64,000 bases of DNA from Macrostomum lignano. Lineage: Eukaryota. Under the pieces are notes generated by a model that was not told where the DNA came from, made no database searches, and worked only from the letters and a program-made list of their open reading frames with translations. Where the stretch lies: NCBI GenBank assembly GCA_002269645.1, contig NIVC01000355.1, positions 1-64,000 on the forward strand, written 5' to 3'. The translations under genes and the position numbers were made by a program. Within the stretch, counting starts at the first letter, position 1; each line of letters starts with the position of its first letter. This document shows positions 40,501-54,400 of this stretch, one piece after another.

Positions 40501-41930
40501 CTTTAAACTCTGTAGATAGTTATCCCCTCAACAGTTTGCTGCTATGCACTCATAAGTGTGGAGGAACTACCTCAGCAGTTTGTTCCATTTTTCCCTTTGC
40601 AGTCTGCATGAATGATCCCTTTGACAATCTGCAGTTCCCTCAGCATCTTCTGTTCTCCTTTCCAATAATCTTCCAATCCTCCAATAATCTAAAAATGTGC
40701 TCAGCATTTTACGGCTCACTAAACAATTTTCAGTACATATCGGCATTCTTAAAAAGCTCAAAATTTAGCACAATACCTTTAAGCAATTTTAACAGCATGG
40801 TCTGCAGTTTAATAGCAATTTCATACTTTCATGGTGCGAGGCAGTACTCGTTGATGGGATCAGTAATGCACGAAGCAGTTTTTTAAAATCAAATTTTATA
40901 AGTGGCTTGTGCCAAGTAGCAAAAATTATTTGCTAATTAATAAGAAATGTTGCAATTAAAATTAATAAAAAATATGTTATATTTAGTCGAGTCACAAGTT
41001 ACAAATGAATGAATTTACTTATTTTAATTATCCACCAGGGAGGCCTATTCCGCCTACTGATGGAAGGGCGCAAAAATCAGACATATATGCTTCGGCACTG
41101 CAGTCAAATACATAGCAGTGATAGCCTGCTCAGTGTGCACAGTTTTGGTGCTGGCAGAGCCATTGCACAGTTAAGTAAATCTCTCAATTTCAATACTTTT
41201 AAAATGCACTGGCTGATTTCTCTCTCCCTCCAGAGTGCCTGCGCAATGCTTGGCACACTGCCTCCTGCTGAAAAGCTCAGAGTCAGTTTATAGCGAGACT
41301 ATGCAGTACGCAGTTGTGGCGCAATCATTTAGAATTGGAATTCAGCCAGTCAAGAATTCAACGCTGCTTGGCCTTCCATTAAAAGCATTTAGATAAACTT
41401 GTTTTTCGAATATTTAATACCTTTAGCATTGAAGCAGATAAAAGAAATTTTACCCCTGGTAGCTGTCCTCTTTCCAGATAATTACAAAACTTTTGGCGAA
41501 AACGCGATCAAAATTGGTCAAGAATTGCAGTCTGTAGAGCGTTACGAAAAACAGATCTTTGACGCTTAAAGAGCTCGCTGTAACCTCCAGAATAATTTTA
41601 TTTTTGACCCCTGGTATGGTTGTGCAATTTAAATAGAGTAATAATCTGGGCAGTTTTCTGATCAGTTGGCTCTGGCGCAATCAATTAAAATTGACTGTGA
41701 AGTTTCTCGCTGATAAAATTTGCATTGAAAAAGGCCATTTAAAACAGTTTTTCCGAATATTTAATCCCTTTAGCATTGAAGCAGATACAAGAAATTTTAA
41801 CTGTCTTCTTTCCAGACAATTTTGAATCTTTTGGCGAAAACGCGATCAAAATCGGGGAAGAATTGCAATCTCTAGAGCGTTATGGACAAGCATACAAACA
41901 AACAAATATTAGAGATTTAGTATATTTAGA

Positions 41931-42630
41931 CTAGCTAATTAGAGCTGGCTGCCAGCAGCCAGAATAATTATTTTTTTGCCCCCCTTTAAGTGGAGCGGAG
42001 TGAGTTTTCTTATCAGTTGGCTCTGGCGCAATCAATTAAAATTGGCAGTGAAGTTTCTGGCTGATAAAATTTGCATTGAAAAAGGCCATTTAAAACAGTT
42101 TTTCGAATATTTAATCCCTTAAGCATTGAAGCAGATACAAGAAATTTTAACCATACAATCCCAGGCTGATTACAAATCTTTTGGCGAAAACGCGATCAAA
42201 ATCGGTCGAGAATTGCAATCTCTAGAGCGTTATGGACAAGCATACAAACAAACAAATATTAGAGATTTAGTATATTTAGACTAGCTAATTAGAGCTGGCT
42301 GCCAGCAGCCAGAATAATTATTTTATTGCCCCCCTTTAAGTGGAGCGGAGTGAGTTTTCTTATCAGTTGGCTCTGGCGCAATCAATTAAAATTGGCAGTG
42401 AAGTTTCTGGCTGATAAAATTTGCATTGAAAAAGGCCATTTAAAACAGTTTTTCGAATATTTAATCCCTTAAGCATTGAAGCAGATACAAGAAATTTTAA
42501 CCATACAATCCCAGGCTGATTACAAATCTTTTGGCGAAAACGCGATCAAAATCGGTCGAGAATTGCAATCTCTAGAGCGTTATGGACAAGCATACAAACA
42601 AACAAATATTAGAGATTTAGTATATTTAGA
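41931..42630 (-). mobile_element. Two exact head-to-tail 350 bp family A Helitron-like copies (41931-42280, 42281-42630)
   Basis: Junction tatatttaga|ctagctaattag reads CTAG|TCTAAATATA on the minus strand at 41930/41931 and 42280/42281. Confidence 0.75.
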
Positions 42631-42811
42631 TTTTCGAATATTTAATCCCTTAAGCATTGAAGCAGATACAAGAAATTTTAACCATACAATCCCAGGCTGA
42701 TTACAAATCTTTTGGCGAAAACGCGATCAAAATCGGTCGAGAATTGCAATCTCTAGAGCGTTATGGACATTCAAACATACAAACCTTAGAGATTTAGTAT
42801 ATTTAGATAGA

Positions 42812-45800
42812 CTAGCCATTTAGCCCCCCGCTGGGGAGCCTTGAAAATGACACCAATTGGTTTTTATTTTTGCACAAGAGTAACTTTACTATTATCGTCC
42901 AAAATATTGATTTCCATTAATCAAAAATTACCTTTTCTCATTTTGGCAGAAATAAATTGCCATTAATCCAAACTTTCATTAGCCAAAAAAGTTTCCTTCA
43001 TCAGCCCAAAACTAAATCAGCAAATAGTGCTTATCCGTTCAAGCACAAACTCTTGATGGATATCGTCAATGGCCGGGGCATATTCTGATCCGCAGCAGGA
43101 GCTCAATATGCAAATCCCTGACGCCCTTAGACCCTCTCTCTATATTAGCCTAAATCAAAGGATCAAACCTTTAATGAATGCGCTGGTATTTCCTATTAGC
43201 AGAAATCAGCATCACTTGTGTGTACTTTTTCATTATCTGAATTACATGAGCTACTTGAGCCGTACTACCTGACTATCTGACAATCGCCCAATAACCTAGT
43301 AACCCCCCCCCCCCCAAAATTCAGCCATCGTCCATGAGCCTTGACATATCAGCGATTCCCCTGTAAGCCTTGACATCTCAGCAATTCCCGCAGTAAGCCT
43401 TGGCATATCAGCAATTCCCCAGTAAGCCTTGAAATCTCAGCAATTGCCCCAGTAAGCCTTGACATCTCAGCAATTGCCCCAGTAAGCCTTGACATATCAG
43501 CAATTCCCCCAGTAAGCATTGAAATCTTAGCAATTCCCAGTAAGACTTGACATCTCAGCATTTCCCCAGTAAGCCTTGACATATCAGCAATTCCCTTAGT
43601 AAGCCTTGAGATCTCAGAAATTCCCCCCATAAGCTCTGAGATCTCAGCAATTGCCCCGGTAAGCCTCGACATCTCAGCAATTCCCCCAGTAAGCCTTGAC
43701 ATCTCAGCAGTTATCATATTAAGCCTCGACATCACAGCAATTAAACTCGAGCCTTGACATCACGCAATTCTCCCAGCGCAGTAAGCCTTGACATACCAAC
43801 AACCCAACTCCCTTTTCCCAAGAATTCAGCAATACCCTTATAAGCCTTGATAACTCAGCAATTTCTTTATGACCTTTGTCAACAGAGCGATTCCACAATG
43901 AACTTTGATTATATCTAAACAAGTCTTTAATTAATGGTCACCCTAACCCATAAGTGAGTCTTGGCGTGTTGGCAATTTCCACCATAAGCCTTGAGCCTCA
44001 GCATTAAAGTAACTTCCTCATAAATAAGCTTTGTAATCAGAATTTCACCGAAAGCCTTGACCTGTCAGCAATTCCCCGTAGTAGAGCCAAAGCATTTAAG
44101 TTTTCCCCCCAAGAGCATTTAATCTTAGCAACTCCTCGATGGATCATTAATGATTGTCACGACGATCGCTCTATAATTGAACCAAAACCATAACCCTTGT
44201 AGTAGAATTTCAGCAATTCCCCAATGAGCTTTGGAAATGTTAGCAATTTCCCCATGAGCCTGAAAATTGAGTGACTAACCTTTTGATATCTTGGCACTTG
44301 CATTTCAACAATTTATTTCTGCAATTTCACAAATGAACCTTGAAATCAAAGCAATTCTCCGCAGAATGACATAATTATAGCAATTCCCCCTGAGCCTTGA
44401 GATCTTATAAATTCTACCGTGAGTCTTGATATCACAGCAATTTCCCATACCAGTATTATGCTCGTAGCAATAGTCTTAGCAGTCTTAACAGTCTAAGCAA
44501 TTCCCGATGAGACTTTTACGTTCGACAGGGCGCTTCATTTATGATTGATATGATGATTCTTGTTCGCTTTTTCTTGCGTTACGTTTTCTTCTCTTTAAAA
44601 GTTTTTATTAAAAAAATTTCAATATTTTACCATAGCTTTCCGCAGTTTAGCAATGGTTCACCAGAATTTCAGCAATGGTTCACCAGCATTTCAGCAATTC
44701 TTCACCAGCAGTTTAGCAATGCTTCACCAGCATTTCAGCAATGGTTCACCAGCATTTCAGCAATGATTTACCAGCATTTCAGCAATGGTTCACCAGCAGT
44801 TTAGCAATGCTTCACCAGCAGTTTGCATTAGCTATGGTTCACCAGCATTTCAGCAATGCTTCACCAGTAGTTTAACAATGCTTCACCAGCAGTTTAGCAA
44901 TGGTTCACCAGCAGTTTAGCACTGCTTCACCAGCAGTTTAAAAATGCTTCACCAGCAGTTTAGCAATGATTCACCAGCACTGTTTTGCACAATCAGTGAG
45001 CAGATGGCCACTAATCTTTGCTTATTGCCATATTGCTTCTGGATAATCGAAACTATATGAAATGCTTTGTCAACTTGCAGGTTAAAGTTGATATGTAATC
45101 CCCTTACATATTTATTATTTTTATTTTATACATCAGATTAGCACTGCTCTCCCCGATTAGCGCTGCTCTTAAAGCTTAGCGTAGCCCCAGCAAAAGTATC
45201 TACAAAATGAAAATACTAAAAATTTGCATGAATCCTCATAGGAAACAATGATTATTGTCACAAAGATAAATTCGCTGCTTCATTACAGACTCGAACTGCC
45301 GACCTTCTGCTAAAAGCCTTATACTATTCAAGAAGTTTAGTAACTTCGGCAGTTACTAAAACTTCTAATTCAAGATTCAAGATTCAAACTAAATTCAAGA
45401 AGTTTAGTAACTTCGGCAGTTTGAAGTTAACCCCCCCCCCCCCAGAAATCGGCAGTTATCTCCACAACATCCTGAAATTAGCTATCACTTCTAATCCCAC
45501 AAACAGACTGCAGTCATACTCTTAGCAGCCTGCAGATATCCACTGTGCCGTCTACAACTTTCATTAACATCAGCAAACTACAATACTTCACTCAGCAGTC
45601 CGCAGTTATCCACTCAACAACTTGCACTTAATACTTCACAGCTATTATCCACTTTAAACTCTGTAGATAGTTATCCCCTCAACAGTTTGCTGCTATGCAC
45701 TCATAAGTGTGGAGGAACTACCTCAGCAGTTTGTTCCATTTTTCCCTTTGCAGTCTGCATGAATGATCCCTTTGACAATCTGCAGTTCCCTCAGCATCTT

Positions 45801-47080
45801 CTGTTCTCCTTTCCAATAATCTTCCAATCCTCCAATAATCTAAAAATGTGCTCAGCATTTTACGGCTCACTAAACAATTTTCAGTACATATCGGCATTCT
45901 TAAAAAGCTCAAAATTTAGCACAATACCTTTAAGCAATTTTAACAGCATGGTCTGCAGTTTAATAGCAATTTCATACTTTCATGGTGCGAGGCAGTACTC
46001 GTTGATGGGATCAGTAATGCACGAAGCAGTTTTTTAAAATCAAATTTTATAAGTGGCTTGTGCCAAGTAGCAAAAATTATTTGCTAATTAATAAAAAATG
46101 TTGCAATTAAAATTAATAAAAAATATGTTATATTTAGTCGAGTCACAAGTTACAAATGAATGAATTTACTTATTTTAATTATCCATCAGGGAGGCCTATT
46201 CCGCCTACTGATGGAAGGGCGCAAAAATCAGACATATATGCTTCGGCACTGCAGTCAAATACATAGCAGTGATAGCCTGCTCAGTGTGCACAGTTTTGGT
46301 GCTGGCAGAGCCATTGCACAGTTAAGTAAATCTCTCAATTTCAATACTTTTAAAATGCACTGGCTGATTTCTCTCTCCCTCCAGAGTGCCTGCGCAATGC
46401 TTGGCACACTGCCTCCTGCTGAAAAGCTCAGAGTCAGTTTATAGCGAGACTATGCAGTACGCAGTTGTGGCGCAATCATTTAGAATTGGAATTCAGCCAG
46501 TCAAGAATTCAACGCTGCTTGGCCTTCCATTAAAAGCATTTAGATAAACTTGTTTTTCGAATATTTAATACCTTTAGCATTGAAGCAGATAAAAGAAATT
46601 TTACCCCTGGTAGCTGTCCTCTTTCCAGATAATTACAAAACTTTTGGCGAAAACGCGATCAAAATTGGTCAAGAATTGCAGTCTGTAGAGCGTTACGAAA
46701 AACAGATCTTTGACGCTTAAAGAGCTCGCTGTAACCTCCAGAATAATTTTATTTTTGACCCCTGGTATGGTTGTGCAATTTAAATAGAGTAATAATCTGG
46801 GCAGTTTTCTGATCAGTTGGCTCTGGCGCAATCAATTAAAATTGACTGTGAAGTTTCTCGCTGATAAAATTTGCATTGAAAAAGGCCATTTAAAACAGTT
46901 TTTCGAATATTTAATCCCTTTAGCATTGAAGCAGATACAAGAAATTTTAACTGTCTTCTTTCCAGACAATTTTGAATCTTTTGGCGAAAACGCGATCAAA
47001 ATCGGTGAAGAATTGCAATCTCTAGAGCGTTATGGACAAGCATACAAACAAACAAATATTAGAGATTTAGTATATTTAGA
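42812..47080 (-). mobile_element. ~4.3 kb composite Helitron-like element, copy 2
   Basis: Matches 26802-31106, with small indels in the internal minisatellites. Confidence 0.6.
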
Positions 47081-47148
47081 TAGACTAGAGCGTTATGGAC
47101 AAGCATACAAACAAACAAATATTAGAGATTTAGTATATTTAGATTAGA

Positions 47149-47498
47149 CTAGCTAATTAGAGCTGGCTGCCAGCATCCAGAATAATTTTTATTGCCCCCA
47201 CCCTTTAAGTGGGTCCAGTGAGTTTTCTTATCAGTTGGCTCTGGCGCAATCAATTAAGATTGACTGTGAAGTTTCTCGCTGATAAAATTTGCATTGAATT
47301 CGCCCATTTAAAACTGTTTTTCGAATATTTAATCCCTTTAGCATTGAAGCAGATACAAGAAATTTTAACCGTCTTCTTTCCAGACAATTTTGAATCTTTT
47401 GGCGAAAACGCGATCAAAATCGGTGAAGAATTGCAGTCTCTAGAGCGTTATGGACAAGCAAGCAAGCATACAAATATTAGAGATTTAGTATATTTAGA
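47149..47498 (-). mobile_element. 350 bp family A Helitron-like element, diverged copy
   Basis: Same TC 5' end and hairpin+CTAG 3' end. Confidence 0.65.
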
Positions 47499-47509
47499 AG
47501 AAGATTAAG

Positions 47510-48030
47510 ATGGATAGAAGAGAGAGAGAGAGAAAGAGAGAAGAGAGAGAGAGAGATAAGAGGAGTTATCGAACAGACACACAAACAACGCACCAGTTTT
47601 AGTATTAGGATAGAAGAGAGAGAGAGAAAGAGAGAAGAGAGAGAGAGAGATAAGAGGAGTTATCGAACAGACACACAAACAACGCACCAGTTTTAGTATT
47701 AGGATAGAAGAGAGAGAGAGAGAAAGAGAGAAGAGAGAGAGAGATAAGAGGAGTTATCGAACAGACACACAAACAACGCACCAGTTTTAGTATTAGGATA
47801 GAAGAGAGAGAGAGAAAGAGAGAAGAGAGAGAGAGAGATAAGAGGAGTTATCGAACAGACACACAAACAACGCACCAGTTTTAGTATTAGGATAGAAGAG
47901 AGAGAGAGAGAAAGAGAGAAGAGAGAGAGAGATAAGAGGAGTTATCGAACAGACACACAAACAACGCACCAGTTTTAGTATTACTCGTAGGATAGAAGAG
48001 AGAGAGAGGGAGAGAGAGAGAGAGAGAGAG
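47510..48030 (-). repeat. Tandem array of Helitron-like 5' module plus (AG)n (continues at 50090-50530)
   Basis: Same module as 12510-13010. The array is interrupted by the Penelope-like element. Confidence 0.85.
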
Positions 48031-50085
48031 GAGGGCGCCTCCAATCTCAGGCACGGACGCGGTACATGTAAAAAGGACAAACAAGTCAAGTTGATTTAAG
48101 TTGCCGATATTTCGAATTAGGTAAATTCTTCGTCAGGGCAAGTGAAAAGTAGCGACAAGTGGTGTTGTAAAAGTTATTAAATAGGCGGGTTAGAGGGGAG
48201 AGAGAGTAGACAGGTAGATAGAGAGCGTACGGTATGTACACTTGGTGTGAGTCGATAAAACACTATTAGAGTTGAAAATGCAAAATAAAAAACAGTGCAC
48301 AAATAGAGTGAACCGCACGTGGACTGCAGCGATCCTACACACGAAATAAATAATGGAGTGGTGCAACTGCCCCGGTGTCTAAAAAGGGGAAAGAGTGACT
48401 CTAAGCACTTTACAAAATGGACCTCAATAAATAAAAAAGGTGAAAAGGCCCTCAAAAACTAAAAAGAGCAATTGTACGATAAGCAAAAGAGTAAAAGTTA
48501 AAAGTGTAGTAAAAAAGTACAGGGTGTCAAGAAACAATAGAAATGTTGATGCAGAATAAATGCTGAGAATAAACAAAAGCTGTGCTTGGGCTAGCGATAA
48601 GAAAAAAAAAATTTTCAAGAAAGGAGCAATAAAAGGCTTGGTAGGTACCGGCAGGGTCTGACAAAGGTAAGTAGTAGGGAAAGTGAAGTAAAAAATCAAA
48701 AGGAAAAAAAATTTTTAAGAAAATTCAATCAGTGGTGGACTCCAGTCGACTGGGACAGAGCAGCTGCCGGAGGTTCCGCCCTTTGGTGTAGGCGGGCAGC
48801 ACCGGGGCCTCGCAGCACCGGGCCACGCGGTCCTTCACCGCGGCCACCAGGGCGTCCGACCTCGCACAATGGGGCAGGATCAGCGGGATGGCCGGGTTGT
48901 GCAGCGTGCCAGCAAGCTCGTTGACGCCGTGCGGGGTTCGAGTCTTTAACACCTCGATGAGCTTGGCGGCCTCGTGGCGCTGCCGCCGCTCGTTCGCTCT
49001 GGGTCCCGTGCTGTCACGAGACCAGATGCCGGTGAAGGCGAAGTCCGCCAAACTGTGGCCATCACTGGTGAAATGGCGGGCCACCGGAGTGTCATGGGCG
49101 TGCCGGATGTCGCCTATGTGCGCCAGCATGCGGCCGCGGATGCTGTTGGCGGTCTCGCCTACGTAGACCGTGTGGTCGCACCGGCGGCAGAACACGGCAT
49201 AGACGGCGTTGGTGGCGTTGCAGTCGATCCGCTGACTGATGATGAGCTGGACTGTCGTGGCTGCTGATCCGGGGCAGACGGAGGCGAACCTGGCGTGCGC
49301 CTGGCAGCACCTGCACAGCCGGGTCGGGTTGCACGGCAGAAAGCCGAATTCCCACCGTCTCGTCGGTAGAAGCCCAGCTCCGTCAGCATCTCGTACTTGA
49401 TCGTGCGCAGGAACCGCCGATTGTAGCCCTGGTGTTGCACCAGACTTGAAAACAGCCCGGTGCACGCTGCGTCGAAATCGGCCATCCGGGAACACCGCCG
49501 GGTGTATCTGAGGAGCTGGGACTTCACCACGCCCCGGAACGTCCGCTTCGGGTGGAAAGAGTCGCGGTGAATGAGCGTTCGGCTGTCGGTCGCTTAAAAT
49601 ACACCTTAGTTGCCAGGCGCTTAACGTCACCCTCGCGGTCCCAGAAGACGGTGGTATCCAGGAAGTTGACCTCGGTGCTGCTGTAGCTCAGCTGCAACCT
49701 GATGTTCGGGTCGAGGCCATCCAGGAGCTCGTGGAAGCAGACCAGCTCGTCTCTCGTTCCGTGCCAGACGCCGAAGATGTCGTCGATGTAGCGCAGCCAC
49801 AGGGCGGGCTTCTGCGGGCTGAGCTCCAGGCCCCGCTGCTCCCAGTAGCCCATGTAGATGTTACTGTAGCTGGGCGCAAACGATTTTCCCATGGCCGTGC
49901 CTTTCACTTGCAGAAAAAATTTGCCATCGAACTCGAAGTCGTTGCGCTCCAGGTTCAGCTTGAGCAAACTGAGGAGGCTCGCGTCCGGGCGCCGGGCGTC
50001 CGGGTGCTCTCTGAAGGCCCTCTGTATGCACTCGAGTCCGGCCGCGGTCGGGATGATAGTGTAAAGGCTGGCGACGTCCATGGTT
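48030..50085 (-). mobile_element. 5'-truncated Penelope-like retroelement (RT + Cys linker + GIY-YIG endonuclease), two frameshifts
   Basis: RT motifs DVASLYT, QVKGTAMGKSFAP, RYIDD, VNFLD, VYFK(P)TDS and GYNRR; linker CNPTRLCRCC; EN AVYAVFCRRCDHTVYVGET, VARHF, PHGVN. Frameshifts near 49592 and ~49360. GC-rich relative to flanks. Confidence 0.92.
48101..48141 (-). ncRNA. Minimal type I hammerhead ribozyme in the PLE 3' pseudo-LTR
   Basis: Minus strand UUGCC-CUGACGA-A-GAAUU(UACCU)AAUUC-GAA-AUAU-C-GGCAA: stem I UUGCC/GGCAA, CUGAnGA core, stem II GAAUU/AAUUC, GAAA, palindromic loopless stem III AUAU, AUC cleavage triplet. Confidence 0.82.
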
Positions 50086-50089
50086 ATTA

Positions 50090-50530
<441 letters not shown>

Positions 50531-50721
50531 CAACGCACCACTTTTAACACAGAAGACATAGAAGAGGGATGAAGAGGGACTCAGATAATGCCATAGACAA
50601 TTAAAATTTGACCCAGAAAACGAAGTGGGTAGTGTTAGACTAAAAATAAGTAGGATTCAGCAGAGAATTCGTTTTCATTTACCCAGTGATCGTTCGACTG
50701 CAATATCTAGATACTTAAGCT

Positions 50722-50979
50722 ATGTCTATTGCACACCTTATCAACTGGTCCCATCTGCCAGTGGATAGTCTCGACGGCGTTACATCTACCGAATATTCTT
50801 TCCTTGCGGAGCTGAGCAGTGTTGATCACCGAGAAGATGCCCAACTGGAGGACTTTATCCATTTCATTACCTATCATTCACGCTCTGAAGATCAGCTGCT
50901 TGGTGTCGTTCTACCGGACGTCGAAGAAGGAAAAGATTTAATTGCTACGGACAGCATGGATTGTCATTGCTTAACTTAA
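50722..50979 (+). pseudogene. Truncated N-terminal fragment of a diverged Crypton recombinase paralog
   Basis: INWSHLPVDSLDGV...HREDAQLEDFIHFI aligns to INWKNIPVDSLNGV...HHDDQALSDFIKWL of 7806-9167. Upstream ccatagac (50591); downstream taatggccatactcgtgttatggccattatt motif. Confidence 0.7.
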
Positions 50980-51409
50980 ATTAAATTATTATAATTGGCT
51001 ACTAGTATGCTTTATATACAATGCAATTAGATAGTATGTTACAGCGTTACTCGTAATGGCCATACTCGTGTTATGGCCATTATTTTACTCCGTAACATAC
51101 AATATAATCTACCATTGCTGATTTCAGCACACTGGTAGGAAAAATGTTGACTGCCCTGCCGATTGGCCATTTAGCGAGGGGGAGGCCGCTATCTCAATAA
51201 ACGCTCAGACCAAGACCGTTCGCCTAATAAAGTTGAACCAACCATACTACAGACACTCTGCGTGGACAGTCAGAGGAATTGGACCATTTTCAAGAACAAA
51301 CCATGCAGACATTTGCTTTGGACACTTGTACTCTAAACACTTGCCCCTGGATCGTGGACACTCAGCGCCGAGTCAATGCTCACCCTATGGACCCAACTCC
51401 GGCCTGTTA

Positions 51410-54400
51410 AACCTCACCTCCAGCCTGCACCACCCCACTAGCCTGCACCACCCCACCTCCAGCCTGCACCACCCCACCAGCCTGCACCACCCCACCTCCA
51501 GCCTGCACCACCCCACCTCCAGCCTGCACCACCCCACCAGCCTGCACCACCCACCTCCAGCCTGCACCACCCCACCAGCCTGCACCACCCCACCTCCAGC
51601 CTGCACCACCCCACCAGCCTGCACCACCCCACCTCCAGCCTGCACCACCCCCACCTCCAGCCTGCACCACCCCACCTCCAGCCTGCCCTACCCCACCTCC
51701 AGCCTGCACCACCCCACCTCCAGCCTGCACCACCCCACCAGCCTGCACCACCCCACCTCCAGCCTGCCCTACCCCACCTCCAGCCTGCACCACCCCACCT
51801 CCAGCCTGCCCTACCCCACCTCCAGCCTGCACCACCCCACCAGCCTGCACCACCCCACCAGCCTGCACCACCCCACTAGCCTGCACCACCCCACCTCCAG
51901 CCTGCACCACCCCACCAGCCTGCACCACCCCACCTCCAGCCTGCACCACTCCCACCTCCAGCCTGCCCTACCCCACCTCCAGCCTGCACCACCCCACCTC
52001 CAGCCTGCACCACCCCACCAGCCTGCACCACCCCACCTCCAGCCTGCACCACCCCACCTCCAGCCTGCACCACCCCACCTCCAGCCTGCCCTACCCCACC
52101 TCCAGCCTGCACCACCCCACCTCCAGCCTGCACCACCCCACCAGCCTGCACCACCCCACCTCCAGCCTGCACCACCCCACCAGCCTGCACCACCCCACCT
52201 CCAGCCTGCACCACCCCCACCTCCAGCCTGCCCTACCCCACCTCCAGCCTGCACCACCCCACCTCCAGCCTGCACCACCCCCACCTCCAGCCTGCACCAC
52301 CCCCACCTCTAGCCTGCACCACTCCCACCTCCAGCCTGCACCACCCCACCTCCAGCCTGCCCTACCCCACCTCCAGCCTGCACCACCCACCTCCGGCCTG
52401 CACCACCCCACCAGCCTGCACCACCCCACCTCCAGCCTGCACCACCCCACCTCCAGCCTGCACCACCCCACCTCCAGCCTGCCCTACCCCACCTCCAGCC
52501 TGCACCACCCCACCTCCAGCCTGCACCACCCCACCAGCCTGCACCACCCCACCTCCAGCCTGCACCACCCCACCAGCCTGCACCACCCCACCTCCAGCCT
52601 GCACCACCCCCACCTCCAGCCTGCCCTACCCCACCTCCAGCCTGCCCTACCCCACCTCCAGCCTGCACCACCCCACCTCCAGCCTGCACCACCCCCACCT
52701 CTAGCCTGCACCACTCCCACCTCCAGCCTGCACCACCCCACCTCCAGCCTGCCCTACCCCACCTCCAGCCTGCACCACCCCACCAGCCTGCACCACCCCA
52801 CCTCCAGTCTGCCCTACCCCAACTCCGGCCTGTTAAACCCCACCTCCAGCCTGCACCACCCCACTAGCCTGCACCACCCCACCTCCAGCCTGCCCTACCC
52901 CACCTCCAGCCTGCACCACCCCACCTCCAGCCTGCACCACCCCACCAGCCTGCACCACCCCACTAGCCTGCACCACCCCACCTCCAGCCTGCACCACCCC
53001 ACCAGCCTGCACCACCCCACCTCCAGCCTGCACCACCCCACCTCCAGCCTGCACCACCCCACCAGCCTGCACCACCCCACCTCCAGCCTGCACCACCCCC
53101 ACCTCTAGCCTGCACCACTCCCACCTCCAGCCTGCACCACCCCACCTCCAGCCTGCCCTACCCCAACTCCGGCCTGTTAAACCCCACCTCCAGCCTGCAC
53201 CACCCCACTAGCCTGCACCACCCCACCTCCAGCCTGCCCTACCCCACCTCCAGCCTGCACCACCCCACCTCCAGCCTGCACCACCCCACCAGCCTGCACC
53301 ACCCCACCTCCAGCCTGCACCACCCCCACCTCCAGCCTGCACCACCCCACCTCCAGCCTGCCCTACCCCACCTCCAGCCTGCACCACCCCACCTCCAGCC
53401 TGCACCACCCCACCAGCCTGCACCACCCCACCTCCAGCCTGCACCACCCCCACCTCCAGCCTGCCCTACCCCACCTCCAGCCTGCACCACCCCACCAGCC
53501 TGCACCACCCCACCTCCAGCCTGCACCACCCCACCTCCAGCCTGCACCACCCCACCTCCAGCCTGCCCTACCCCACCTCCAGCCTGCACCACCCCACCTC
53601 CAGCCTGCACCACCCCACCAGCCTGCACCACCCCACCTCCAGCCTGCACCACCCCACCTCCAGCCTGCCCTACCCCACCTCCAGCCTGCACCACCCCACC
53701 TCCAGCCTGCACCACCCCACCAGCCTGCACCACCCCACCTCCAGCCTGCACCACCCCCACCTCCAGCCTGCACCACCCCACCTCCAGCCTGCCCTACCCC
53801 ACCTCCAGCCTGCACCACCCCACCTCCAGCCTGCACCACCCCACCTCCAGCCTGCACCACCCCACCTCCAGCCTGCACCACCCCACCAGCCTGCACCACC
53901 CCACCTCCAGCCTGCACCACCCCACCAGCCTGCACCACCCCACCTCCAGCCTGCACCACCCCACCTCCAGCCTGCACCACCCCACCTCCAGCCTGCACCA
54001 CCCCACCTCCAGCCTGCCCTACCCCACCTCCAGCCTGCACCACCCCACCAGCCTGCACCACCCCACCTCCAGCCTGCACCACCCCACCTCCAGCCTGCAC
54101 CACCCCACCAGCCTGCACCACCCCACCTCCAGCCTGCACCACCCCCACCTCCAGCCTGCACCACCCCACCTCCAGCCTGCACCACCCCCACCTCCAGCCT
54201 GCCCTACCCCACCTCCAGCCTGCACCACCCCACCAGCCTGCACCACCCCACCTCCAGCCTGCACCACCCCACCTCCAGCCTGCACCACCCCACCTCCAGC
54301 CTGCACCACCCCACCTCCAGCCTGCCCTACCCCACCTCCAGCCTGCACCACCCACCTCCGGCCTGCCCCACCCCACCTCCGGCCTGTCCCACCCCACCTC

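Noticed and set aside
48030-50085. Naiad/Chlamys assignment for the PLE
   Set aside because: Those clades have an N-terminal endonuclease; here the EN follows the RT.
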